IMG/VR virus record: IMGVR_UViG_3300010361_000025
Span: 1-33,229 of that record
DNA length: 33,229 bases
Strand: one strand, 5' to 3'
Source of the DNA: a virus
Taxonomy: Duplodnaviria > Caudoviricetes
Within the stretch, counting starts at the first letter, position 1. Each line of letters starts with the position of its first letter. The notes below the pieces were generated by a model. It saw only the letters and a program-made list of their open reading frames with translations, had not been told where the DNA came from and did no database searches. Positions 24,701-33,229 of the stretch are shown here, piece after piece. Made by a program: the position numbers and the translations under genes.

Positions 24701-26928
24701 TGCCGCAGAAGACCGCGATCACCGCTGTACAGAAGATGGAGCTGTCGAAGCTCAACCCGAACGAGATCCAGCGCGAGATGATGGGAGCGGATCTCGACCT
24801 CGGGAAGCTCGTCGTGTACCTGAAGAGTCAGATGCTCTTCGATTCGACTGACAGGGTGATCGACGTTACCGTCAATCGCGCCATAGACGGATCTAGCACT
24901 GTCGATCTAACGCTCGATGACTACGACCGGGCTATCATCAAATCGTGGGCGATCAACGCGAAGCTCGATATTCAGATCGATGGCCTTTGGTTCCGGCTCG
25001 TCTCTGTCTCCAAGAATGCTAGCGACGACGAACTCAAGATGACCTTCGAGCAGCGCGAGATCGCTTTGCTGCGCTCGTACCCGAAACCGGACACAACGAC
25101 CTATTCCATCGAGAATGCTAAGAAGTGGGTCAAGTGGGCGAGCCGGGACAAGACGACGCGCGCGGAGTTCGTCCTCAACCTGATTCGCGAGGTCAAGGAG
25201 ATCGACATCCCGGTAGTGATTCCGCACCTACATCAAGTACAGAACATCGCGAAGACGACCGACGTGTCTTCGAAATGGACGAATCCTACTGTGGCTTCGT
25301 CGAGCGGTATCCCTACTGACTACAACACTCAGCGGACGCGAAAGAAGACCAAATCAACGAAGGGCAAAGGTGGCTTCGCGGCGATAGCAACGATGGCCGG
25401 TAACGTCGCTACTCAGATTGAGAACGCAATCTCGGTTCAGCTAACGTCCAAGGGTGTACGGATGGATAAGTCGCAGATCGCGAACGCGAACACCATCTTG
25501 ACCGTCGGGCAGAACATGGGCGCTCGGAGAAAGGTTCTCGTCGCCGGTATCATGACCGCGATGCAGGAGAGCAACATTCAGAACCTCGCGGGCGGCGACG
25601 GTACCAGTGTCGGTCTCTTCCAACAGATTGACACCGGCTGGGGTAGCTACTCTGACCGCCACGATCCGGCGACCGCGAGCCGAATGTTCTTCAACCAATG
25701 TATCCAGTACGACAAGGATCATCCGGACGTGAGCTTCAACGATCTCTGCCAGGGTGTTCAGCGCAGCGGTCATCCGACTCTCTACGGTCAATGGCGTCCG
25801 GAAGCAGAGCGGATCGTCAGCGCGTTTGGGATTCCACCGGGCGGCGAGGGTAACGCGGCTACGGGCGGAACGCCTGGAAGTGACTCTACAACAGAAGGAA
25901 ACGCTGCGACGGCGAACGCAATGGGTCAAACCTGGACTATGCCGGGAAATGACGGATCGTACTACTACTACAGAGGCATCCCGCCGACGCGGAACAAGGG
26001 TTGGTGGAGACGCGAGGATAACTGGACTTGCATTCAGCGGCTCGCGTCCGAAGTTGGATGGCGCGCGTTCTTCATCGGTGGTGTCTTCTACTTCCTTACA
26101 GACGAGGATCTGTTCAAGACGCAGCCGATAGCGACAATCAACGAAGAGACGCAGGGCATTATGGGGATCGGATTCGACTACGATGTCGGACGCAAGGGTG
26201 CGACAGTAGATATTCCCTGCCAGGTCGGTCTCTGGCTCGCGCCGCCGGGATCTCTCGTCGTGCTCACCGACCTGGGGCCGCTAGAAGGCCGCTGGCTCGT
26301 CAATACGTTCACCCGTAGCGTCTTCAACCCGAACGCCGACATTCAGCTCATCAAGCCGCAACCAAAGCTCCCAGAGCCTGCCACCGAGACATTCACACTT
26401 CCGACCTGGGCACCTGGTAGCGCGAACAACGTCGCTACAGCTACCGGGCCTGGTACCAATCAGGCTGTGTTCGGCGGAATGCCTGGCAGTAACAACGCTG
26501 ACCGCAAATCGGTCGTCGCCGTCGCGAAGTACGCTCTGGCTCAGCAGCAGAAGTGGCCGTACAAGTACGCCGAAGCTCGGCCGTATCCGAAGACTTTGTG
26601 GAGCGCCGATGCTCATACCGGAACGGGCATCGACTGCTCTTCGTTCGTCACTCTCTGCTACAAGGAGGCTGGCTGCGCCGATCCGAACAATGCCGACTAT
26701 GATGGTCAGGGTTGGACTGGGACGCTCGCTAGCTCGCCGAACGGGAAGACAGTCACCGCTCCTCATCCTGGTGACATCATTCTGTACGGAGATCCGCCCG
26801 ACTATTTCCATGCCGCTCTCTACATCGGTTCGAATCAATGTATCGAGATTGGCGGGTCGGCCGGGATTCATCAGACGAACTTTCCGGAGTATTCAAACTA
26901 CGCGATCAGGAGCTTCTTGCCGGTATGA
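24700..26928 (+). CDS. Baseplate hub / tail-associated lysin with lysozyme-like and NlpC/P60 domains
   Basis: Hub-like N- and C-segments; inserted TAMQES...GDGTSVGLFQQ transglycosylase-like motif; C-terminal GIDCSSFV, PGDIILYG, HAALYIG. Confidence 0.85.
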   Translation: MPQKTAITAVQKMELSKLNPNEIQREMMGADLDLGKLVVYLKSQMLFDSTDRVIDVTVNRAIDGSSTVDLTLDDYDRAIIKSWAINAKLDIQIDGLWFRLVSVSKNASDDELKMTFEQREIALLRSYPKPDTTTYSIENAKKWVKWASRDKTTRAEFVLNLIREVKEIDIPVVIPHLHQVQNIAKTTDVSSKWTNPTVASSSGIPTDYNTQRTRKKTKSTKGKGGFAAIATMAGNVATQIENAISVQLTSKGVRMDKSQIANANTILTVGQNMGARRKVLVAGIMTAMQESNIQNLAGGDGTSVGLFQQIDTGWGSYSDRHDPATASRMFFNQCIQYDKDHPDVSFNDLCQGVQRSGHPTLYGQWRPEAERIVSAFGIPPGGEGNAATGGTPGSDSTTEGNAATANAMGQTWTMPGNDGSYYYYRGIPPTRNKGWWRREDNWTCIQRLASEVGWRAFFIGGVFYFLTDEDLFKTQPIATINEETQGIMGIGFDYDVGRKGATVDIPCQVGLWLAPPGSLVVLTDLGPLEGRWLVNTFTRSVFNPNADIQLIKPQPKLPEPATETFTLPTWAPGSANNVATATGPGTNQAVFGGMPGSNNADRKSVVAVAKYALAQQQKWPYKYAEARPYPKTLWSADAHTGTGIDCSSFVTLCYKEAGCADPNNADYDGQGWTGTLASSPNGKTVTAPHPGDIILYGDPPDYFHAALYIGSNQCIEIGGSAGIHQTNFPEYSNYAIRSFLPV

Positions 26929-27728
26929 GTGATCTCTTCCAAGAGACTCGCGAACCTGAGGTCTCGCTTGGGCAGGTCTATGAGGCTCAGGTCGCGCGAG
27001 CGCCGCTCAACTTCTCGGCGTCGATAGACATTGTTATCCCGGACATACACCCAGGGATCGTCTTTCATAACGTCAACTGGCAGGCGCGAGACAATCTCTC
27101 GCTGCCGCAAGCTGGCGACGATCTTCTCGTCATCTTCGATAACAACAACAAGCCATGGGTGATCTCCTGGATGCCGGCGACTCGGAATCCTGTCATCACT
27201 ACCGGCCCTGTCAGTAATGGGCCTCCGTCGAATCCAATCGACGGTGATATTTGGATCGCGTACGGGTCAGCTACGGGAATGGCTTGGCAGTTCGTCTACG
27301 AAGCGGACTGGACGACCGATGCATACAAGTGGAAGTGTATCGGTGGTGGGAATGCTTATGCACAGGTGATCACCGCTGAGCTTCGACCTGCAAGCTCTGC
27401 TCCAGGCGATCTCGCGACCGTAGGCCCATCCATTCCGATTCCGCGAGCCGGTATCTATCACGTCAACTGGGGATCGCTCGTCAATACCGCGAACTCGCAA
27501 TCTGGTGGCTATGCCGGTTCCTACATCTATGACACTACCAACACCCGTCAGTCGAACGGCATGGCAGCCGAAGCTGCAACCAATGGTGGGAACGCATCTG
27601 CGGCGGCGTCAGAGCAGATCGAGATCAACCCGCCGATAACCATCAAACTGAGTTACTTTGCGCAGACCAATCAGAATGTCACCTTCTCGTACAGGTGGCT
27701 GTCTGTATATCCACTACGAATCAAATAG
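26925..27728 (+). CDS. Baseplate spike-like protein (gpV/gp45 OB-fold N-terminus) with a fibre-type C-terminal domain
   Basis: ATGA overlap; LPQAGDDLLVIFDNNNKPWV matches the OB-fold spike pattern; C-terminus resembles that of 12633-15641. Confidence 0.65.
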   Translation: MSDLFQETREPEVSLGQVYEAQVARAPLNFSASIDIVIPDIHPGIVFHNVNWQARDNLSLPQAGDDLLVIFDNNNKPWVISWMPATRNPVITTGPVSNGPPSNPIDGDIWIAYGSATGMAWQFVYEADWTTDAYKWKCIGGGNAYAQVITAELRPASSAPGDLATVGPSIPIPRAGIYHVNWGSLVNTANSQSGGYAGSYIYDTTNTRQSNGMAAEAATNGGNASAAASEQIEINPPITIKLSYFAQTNQNVTFSYRWLSVYPLRIK

Positions 27729-27736
27729 GAGGAAAC

Positions 27737-27964
27737 ATGCAAGTCTTTGCACAGATCACTCTCGCTCCGGACGAGCAGCCGACTCTGACCGCCGATGACG
27801 CAGCGGCGGCGATCTTGGCCGCGCTCAACGGAGACGAGACAAACGACTTCGTTCAGGTAACTGCGTCTCGTCCGCCAGTCTCTGGTTCAGCCGGTTCTAA
27901 TCCCAATGTTGCTCCGGCGATGGCAGCCCCGCCGATGCCGCCGCCGATTATGCCGGCACCGTAA
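27737..27964 (+). CDS. Small protein, possible chaperone, with a Pro-rich tail
   Basis: AGGAGG RBS, ATG 27737, TAATG overlap. Confidence 0.7.
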   Translation: MQVFAQITLAPDEQPTLTADDAAAAILAALNGDETNDFVQVTASRPPVSGSAGSNPNVAPAMAAPPMPPPIMPAP

Positions 27965-28287
27965 TGGCCGACGTTCCGCACTTCGCGCTTCCGTTCCAGC
28001 TCGGGCCAGCTGGAGCGCCGGTCGTGGAGCAGGACAGCATCGACGACATCGCGAACTGCGTCACAGCGATAGCTGTCACTCACATCGGCTGGCGCGCCGA
28101 GGTACCGACATTCGGGATCCCGGATCTCGTACTGCGGCGAGTGCCGATTGGTGCGGAAGACATCAACAGCTGGATCTCCAACCAGGAGCCTCGCGCTCTG
28201 CTTACGGTCGAGGAGAGACCGGACAAAGTCGATAGCCTGATTGATTATATCAACATCGGGGTATCAATCGTCTCGAAGGGAGGGTAG
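27964..28287 (+). CDS. Baseplate wedge subunit (gpW/gp25-like)
   Basis: HFALPF, T..GWR..VPTFGIPD, I...EPRA motifs. Confidence 0.8.
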   Translation: MADVPHFALPFQLGPAGAPVVEQDSIDDIANCVTAIAVTHIGWRAEVPTFGIPDLVLRRVPIGAEDINSWISNQEPRALLTVEERPDKVDSLIDYINIGVSIVSKGG

Positions 28288-29477
28288 TGAGCGGCTACAT
28301 TGATTATCCGATTGACTCGGATCCTGCCGACCTTCTGGCCGAGGCGTACTCGACCATCAAGGACAAGGCACCGAACTGGGTAGAGAATGACGCCAACCTC
28401 GATACATGGATTCTTCAGATCGTTGCGTCGCAGGCGTCAGATCTCCTGTCTCTCGCCAACGACGTGCCGGATACGATCTTCAAGTGGTACGGAGCGAACC
28501 TGGTCGGTCTGCCGCCGCTCGACGCTACCTCAGCTGTCGTCGGATCGACTTGGACGATGCAGGACAACGTCGGCTACCTCATCCCGGCCGGAACGCAGGT
28601 CGCGATCCGCGACAGCGTCGGCGTCGATCATGCGTTCGTGACAACACTCGATACCGTCATTCCGGCCGGGCAGACCGCGACGGCAGCGGGTGGCATCACT
28701 CTTAGCTCGGTGGAGACGGGCTCAGCTCTGTCCGGTCTCGGGGCGAACGGGTACATCTGTACGATGATCGACACACTCTCATTCGTCAGTCAGGTCGCGC
28801 TCACCGGAGCTACTGCCGGCGGTCAGGATGCGGAGCTATCGAGCGACTACAACAACCGGCTCGCGCGTAAGCTACAGCGTCTCTCGCAGCGGCCGGTGCT
28901 GGCGTCTGACTACAGCCTCGCCGCGCTCGACGTTGCTGGCGTCTATCGTTCGGTTGCGCTCGACGGGTACAATCCGGCTGATCAATCATTCAATAACCAG
29001 CGAATGGTAGGTATCGCGGCGGTAGATCAGAATGGTACGGCGATCTCGGCCGGGATCAAGGCCAACCTGCAGAACTACCTTCAGTCGATGCGCGAGGTCA
29101 ACTTCGTGGTGAATGTCTTCGATCCGACGACGACACAGATCGATGTGACGTTCAATGTCAAATGTCTCGTGGGCTACACGACCGCTACCGTTCAAGCGAA
29201 CGCGGTCGCGCGTGTACAGAACTACCTCAATCCGGCCAACTGGGGAAAGGATCCGACGATCACCGACGTGACGGCGGCGGCTCAGTCCTGGGTCGAGACG
29301 AACACGGTATACTACAACAAGATGATGAATGTTCTTGGGCAGGCGGATGGAGTAGATCGCGTCCTCAGCATGACGATGGCGATCCATAGCGCCGCGCTCG
29401 GAACTGCCGACATCGTTCTGCCTGGGCACGGAACTCTTACCAACGTCGGAACTATCAACGGAACGGCGACGGCATGA
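28287..29477 (+). CDS. Baseplate J-like protein
   Basis: IPAGTQV, GGQDAE...Y..RL, DY...ALDVAGVYR motifs; size and position. Confidence 0.88.
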   Translation: MSGYIDYPIDSDPADLLAEAYSTIKDKAPNWVENDANLDTWILQIVASQASDLLSLANDVPDTIFKWYGANLVGLPPLDATSAVVGSTWTMQDNVGYLIPAGTQVAIRDSVGVDHAFVTTLDTVIPAGQTATAAGGITLSSVETGSALSGLGANGYICTMIDTLSFVSQVALTGATAGGQDAELSSDYNNRLARKLQRLSQRPVLASDYSLAALDVAGVYRSVALDGYNPADQSFNNQRMVGIAAVDQNGTAISAGIKANLQNYLQSMREVNFVVNVFDPTTTQIDVTFNVKCLVGYTTATVQANAVARVQNYLNPANWGKDPTITDVTAAAQSWVETNTVYYNKMMNVLGQADGVDRVLSMTMAIHSAALGTADIVLPGHGTLTNVGTINGTATA

Positions 29478-30103
29478 GTAGCTACGGCTGGTCGGTCGAA
29501 GATGTCACGCAGCGGTTGTACGACAACCTGTACCCACTTACTGGCGCAGAAGCTCGGCTCGGCTGGCCTCTGCTCGCGTACATCGATGCCATCGGCCAGA
29601 TGTTCCAGGATGGAGCGGATCTCGTCCAAGACGGGCCGGACGGAGAGCCTGGTTGGTCGATCATCCTCGACATCAACCGGATCCCCGACGTAGGGCTGCC
29701 ATGGTTGGGTCAGCTCCTCGGGATGCACTTCTATACCGGCATCACCCCGGCGCAGATGCGGCAGCAAATCCGTGATCACATATCATGGCAGCGTGGTACG
29801 GCTGCGTCGATTCTCGCGGCTGTGCGCCTCTTCCTGACCGGAACTCAGACAGCATCAATCGCGGAGCGCGACACCGGGCCATATCATTTCACTGTGACGA
29901 TCCTCGCCGCAGAAGCTCCGGCCGATACTAGCCCGACCTCGCCGCTCGTGACGTACGTCAATAAGTTCGCGAAACCGGCTGGCCTCACCTGGACTCTGGT
30001 TGTCGGTACGCCACCGCCGACGACGTACCTGATCATCTACAACCGTGGCGATACGTACGGCTCGATGTACTCTAGCTTCCAGACGTACGCCGACATTCAC
30101 TAG
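29474..30103 (+). CDS. Baseplate wedge protein (P2 gpI-like)
   Basis: LPWLGQLLG, RGTAASI, KPAG motifs; follows gpJ. Confidence 0.8.
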   Translation: MSSYGWSVEDVTQRLYDNLYPLTGAEARLGWPLLAYIDAIGQMFQDGADLVQDGPDGEPGWSIILDINRIPDVGLPWLGQLLGMHFYTGITPAQMRQQIRDHISWQRGTAASILAAVRLFLTGTQTASIAERDTGPYHFTVTILAAEAPADTSPTSPLVTYVNKFAKPAGLTWTLVVGTPPPTTYLIIYNRGDTYGSMYSSFQTYADIH

Positions 30104-30110
30104 GAGGGAT

Positions 30111-30815
30111 ATGCAAACTACAACTAGGCGCGGAGTTCAGTATCCCTCGGCGGATCGGAGCGACCGTGCAGACATCGCCACCCACTTCGGCTACCTGGCC
30201 TCGGCGGTCGATGTGGACGTTCTCTTCAACCAGGGCACCGACGCTGCGCGCCAGGCTGCGGCGCATCAATCCGGTGGCGGTCGGTTCTGGTGGACGACCG
30301 ATACGCTCATCATGTGGTACGATGACGGCGCAGCCTGGCGGACAGTCGGCTCGATAGCCGCCGGGTCGATCACCGGCGCTCTCATCCAGGACGGGACGAT
30401 CACCGACGTAGACATAGCTGCGAACGCCGCCATTCAGATCCTCAAGCTCTCCGGATTCCCGAACGATGTCACGAAGACTCTGATGGGGAACGGAGCTTGG
30501 GCAGTTCCGGTAATGACCGGCCCGAACACCCGAACCGCGAGCTACACTCTGACGCTTCCCGACAGCAATGGGATCGTTGAGATGAATGTCGTCGGTACTG
30601 TGACGATCCCCGCCGACGCGACGACGAGCTTCCCGGTTGGGTCGCAGGTAACTATCACCCAGATGGCAGCGGGTCAGTCGAACATCGCCGGTGCCGGCGG
30701 GGTAACGCTCCGAGCGTACAACGGCAATCTTCGACTCGCCGGACAGTACGCTGTCGCGTCCGTCTTCAAGCGCGCCGCCAACGACTGGTACGCGGCAGGG
30801 AACTTGGTGCCGTAA
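30111..30815 (+). CDS. Tail fibre/fibre-adaptor protein
   Basis: N-terminal TTRRGVQYP..D..D...LASAVD anchor; C-terminal SYTL...VTIP....FPVGSQVTI.Q...G...L..QYAVA...W...GNL domain. Confidence 0.72.
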   Translation: MQTTTRRGVQYPSADRSDRADIATHFGYLASAVDVDVLFNQGTDAARQAAAHQSGGGRFWWTTDTLIMWYDDGAAWRTVGSIAAGSITGALIQDGTITDVDIAANAAIQILKLSGFPNDVTKTLMGNGAWAVPVMTGPNTRTASYTLTLPDSNGIVEMNVVGTVTIPADATTSFPVGSQVTITQMAAGQSNIAGAGGVTLRAYNGNLRLAGQYAVASVFKRAANDWYAAGNLVP

Positions 30816-32122
30816 TGCTACCGTCGGGTGTTCTCTGCGTAGACCGGATCGCGCCGACCGTTCAGTTCACTAGTCCAGCAGCCGGGAATGTCTCAGGGAC
30901 AATCACGATCTCTTGCACGGCTGCGGACAACGATCAGGTCGCCTCGGTGCAGTTCACGCTCGACGGGTCGAATCTCGGGTCGGCAATAACTGTCGCTCCG
31001 TTCTCGATGACCCAGGACACCCATACGCTCGTCAATGGTGCTCATACGTACGGCGTGATTGTCAAAGACCGCGAGGGCAACCAGGTGACCTCTTCGGTCG
31101 CGGTCACAGTGAAGAACACTCCGACCGTCTCGTTGACCGCTCCTGGGAACGGAGCTACGATCTCGGGGACATCGACATTCACGGCGAACGTGACCGGGTA
31201 CGGAACCGGGATCACCGTGCAGTTCCAGCGAGACGGCGGGAACATCGGGCCAGCTATGACGGTAGGGCCGTACCAGTACTCCTACGATACTCATGCCGCG
31301 ACCAACGGCGCTCACACCATTGGTGTCGTCGCGACGGACGCGCAAGGGAACTCGACTACGCAGACTGTCAATGTGACGGTCGCGAACGTCCCTGTTGTCA
31401 ACTCGCTCAGTCCTGCGAACGGCGCGCATACGTCCGGGACAACGACGATTACCGCGAACGTGACGCAGTACGGAGCGAGCTGTACCGTTCAGTTCTTTAT
31501 CGACGGCAATCAGGTCGGTGGTAATCAGAACGGCGGTAACGGCAACTATTCGGTCAACCATGATTCGCACTATCTGTCCGGTCAGACCTGGCATACATAT
31601 ATGGTCAGGGTGACCGACAACCTGGGGAACACCGCGAGCGCCAGCAACGGAGTCTACTGCGACAACACGACGCCTGCTAGCGGACAGACGCTTCTTGGCG
31701 ATTGGCAGCTCTGGGATGACGGTGCGGGTGGGTACTCGTCTGGTCGTAACTACCTGCCGAACTACAACGACCGCGACAACTGGAACTGGATCTGGCAGAA
31801 TACCGGAGCCAAGTTCGGCTACGTCAACTTGCCGGGCAATCCCGACCCGACTCACTACCAGATGTACGGGCAACTCGTCTCTAGCCGCTGTGAGGGTGGA
31901 GCTATCGGCCTAATCATCAACGGAGTCGAGCAGGCGGCGCAGGCACCTGGACAGTTCAACTACCAGGGTGGGCAGACTTGGTCGTTCGGCGGCGGTGAGC
32001 AGATCGGTGGTCGCTGCTGGATCAACGGCTCTGCGGACGCGGACGAACAGGCAAACACCTTCTTTGAGCAAGGCATCGGTATTGGCTATTGGTTCGGGGT
32101 CAAGGCAGGCTACAACTCGTGA
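30815..32122 (+). CDS. Ig-like (three bacterial Ig repeats) adhesin / receptor-binding protein
   Basis: Three PTV...SP..G..VSGT...VQF.LDG...D...NG.HT repeats followed by an aromatic/Gly/Asn-rich C-terminal domain. Confidence 0.8.
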   Translation: MLPSGVLCVDRIAPTVQFTSPAAGNVSGTITISCTAADNDQVASVQFTLDGSNLGSAITVAPFSMTQDTHTLVNGAHTYGVIVKDREGNQVTSSVAVTVKNTPTVSLTAPGNGATISGTSTFTANVTGYGTGITVQFQRDGGNIGPAMTVGPYQYSYDTHAATNGAHTIGVVATDAQGNSTTQTVNVTVANVPVVNSLSPANGAHTSGTTTITANVTQYGASCTVQFFIDGNQVGGNQNGGNGNYSVNHDSHYLSGQTWHTYMVRVTDNLGNTASASNGVYCDNTTPASGQTLLGDWQLWDDGAGGYSSGRNYLPNYNDRDNWNWIWQNTGAKFGYVNLPGNPDPTHYQMYGQLVSSRCEGGAIGLIINGVEQAAQAPGQFNYQGGQTWSFGGGEQIGGRCWINGSADADEQANTFFEQGIGIGYWFGVKAGYNS

Positions 32123-32131
32123 GGGGGAAAG

Positions 32132-32479
32132 GTGAGCAAGAAGGGGGCTGGAGATTGGGTTGCGATCATCCTCGCGTCGGGTGTCGCGATCTCGATGGTC
32201 GTGTTGATCACCGGGATTGTCTGGGGAGCGATCAAGAACGGGCATGGCGCAGCTACACTCACTGAGAACGAGACGCAGGTTTTGCTCGGCGCGTTTGCCG
32301 GCATCTTCGGGATCCTTGGAGCCTATCTCGGGTTCAAGACCGGCAATGGTAGCAAGGAGCCGACTCGGTTCTACTTGAAGCCTCCAGGTGACGGCGAAGA
32401 CACCGCCGTCATCCCGCTACCTGAGGGCTGGCCTACTCAGGAGCAAGAGGGTGGATCTAGTCCCTCATCGCGCGCTTGA
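32132..32479 (+). CDS. Two-TM membrane protein, holin candidate
   Basis: Hydrophobic helices WVAIILASGVAISMVVLITGIVWG and VLLGAFAGIFGILGAYLG; last gene of the operon. Confidence 0.55.
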   Translation: MSKKGAGDWVAIILASGVAISMVVLITGIVWGAIKNGHGAATLTENETQVLLGAFAGIFGILGAYLGFKTGNGSKEPTRFYLKPPGDGEDTAVIPLPEGWPTQEQEGGSSPSSRA

Positions 32480-32759
32480 CTCGGCTCCAGTAACGGTGCC
32501 GTCCGCAGGCGCAACCAGGTTCGCATTTTCGACCTAGTTGCGGAGCCTTGCGGCCAGCATTCCAAGAAGTACCACCCTTGCGCGGCCACTCATCGAACTT
32601 ACAATGGCAAGGTTTACAAAGCTCGATGTAGTCGTCAGGATCGCGCCGGTACTCGCCGCTGACGTTCGCCCATTCTGTATAGCGTCGTTGCCCGCATTGA
32701 GAACAGAGACCTGTCTTTTTCTTTCGACGGCTAACCCAGTTGTGAACTGTATCACCCAT
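32457..32759 (-). CDS. HNH-like (zinc-binding) endonuclease
   Basis: VHNWV..., CSQC, EWANVSGEYRRD..DYIELCKPCH..FD, plus KGGTSWNAG and a CxxxCxCxxH tail. ATG in a TGATG overlap at 32759. Confidence 0.7.
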   Translation of the reverse strand: MGDTVHNWVSRRKKKTGLCSQCGQRRYTEWANVSGEYRRDPDDYIELCKPCHCKFDEWPRKGGTSWNAGRKAPQLGRKCEPGCACGRHRYWSRVKRAMRD

Positions 32760-33229
32760 CAATCACGCATAGCGTACGTAAGCCAGCGCATCTCGTTCTC
32801 CAGATTGACGACGGCCGTACGTCCCCAGCGGCCATCGTCGTTCTGAACAGACCATGTGGCGACCATACGCAGTTCGTTCATCAACTGCGTCATATGGTTC
32901 GGTACGAACTCCTGCCAGTTGAGCTGAGCGCCTTCCCGCTGTATCTCGGCGGTGACTTGAATCCTCGGCTGCTTCTTACTCCAGCCGCCGAGAGACTGCG
33001 TCAAGGCCCAGCCAACGCGCTTCGATCTCTTCTTGTCCAAAGCAAGCTCGTCGTCGGTCGCATCTCCGCCAAGACGACGTGGAATCGAGCCGACGACTAG
33101 GATGAGAGTCAAAGCGCCTGTGATCCGCTCGACTTCGCCTGAAATCAGCGATTCCCGTGTAATAGCCTCCGGGATCGCTAAACCGGGATCAAAATACCGG
33201 CCGACGAAGCTGTAGGATGTTGTATACGG
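32759..33229 (-). CDS. Hypothetical protein, 5'-truncated by the window edge
   Basis: The frame of the 32759..33112 ORF stays open to the last base of the window (PYTTSYSFVGRYF...). Confidence 0.7.
   Translation of the reverse strand, partial: PYTTSYSFVGRYFDPGLAIPEAITRESLISGEVERITGALTLILVVGSIPRRLGGDATDDELALDKKRSKRVGWALTQSLGGWSKKQPRIQVTAEIQREGAQLNWQEFVPNHMTQLMNELRMVATWSVQNDDGRWGRTAVVNLENEMRWLTYAMRD

Larger units (their letters stand above)
1..33229. mobile_element. Tailed dsDNA bacteriophage (Caudoviricetes, contractile tail), structural arm of the genome
   Basis: Ordered terminase-portal-protease-capsid-neck-sheath-tube-TMP-baseplate-fibre gene set. No host housekeeping genes, integrase or att site seen in the window. 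Confidence 0.97.

Noticed and set aside
19131-30103. Extracellular contractile injection system or tailocin
   Set aside because: Terminase, portal, protease and capsid genes are in the same operon, so this is a DNA-packaging phage.
30790-30820. Frameshift fusion of Ig domains onto the 30111 fibre protein
   Set aside because: The frames are -1 related, but no slippery heptamer is present; the TAATG overlap explains it as ordinary coupling.

Overview
This window is the morphogenesis arm of a high-GC tailed bacteriophage with a contractile tail (myovirus). The host is probably an actinobacterium, inferred from TANNNT promoters, a leaderless gene and a GGGGGAA frameshift site. The left end holds a G-poor repeat, a palindromic origin-like element and a short early block (degenerate LAGLIDADG-like protein, RuvC-like resolvase, zinc-ribbon microprotein). 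A single translationally coupled + strand operon follows: TerS, TerL, a CHAP endolysin flanked by two membrane micropeptides, portal, four Lys-rich microproteins, protease/scaffold, cement, major capsid protein, an out-of-place fibre module, neck genes, sheath, tube, G/GT chaperones, tape measure, LysM protein, hub with two muralytic domains, spike, wedge, fibre genes and a holin candidate. Two convergent minus-strand genes close the window. The most interesting signals are: a three-way-junction RNA at a promoter start (803-890); four protamine-like microgenes behind a structured leader; herpesvirus-assemblin-like I-x-A/S motifs at domain boundaries of the nested protease/scaffold and capsid protein; and a second fibre apparatus among the head/neck genes that shares domains with the baseplate fibre and spike. 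All calls come from reading motifs by eye; no database searches or folding programs were run.
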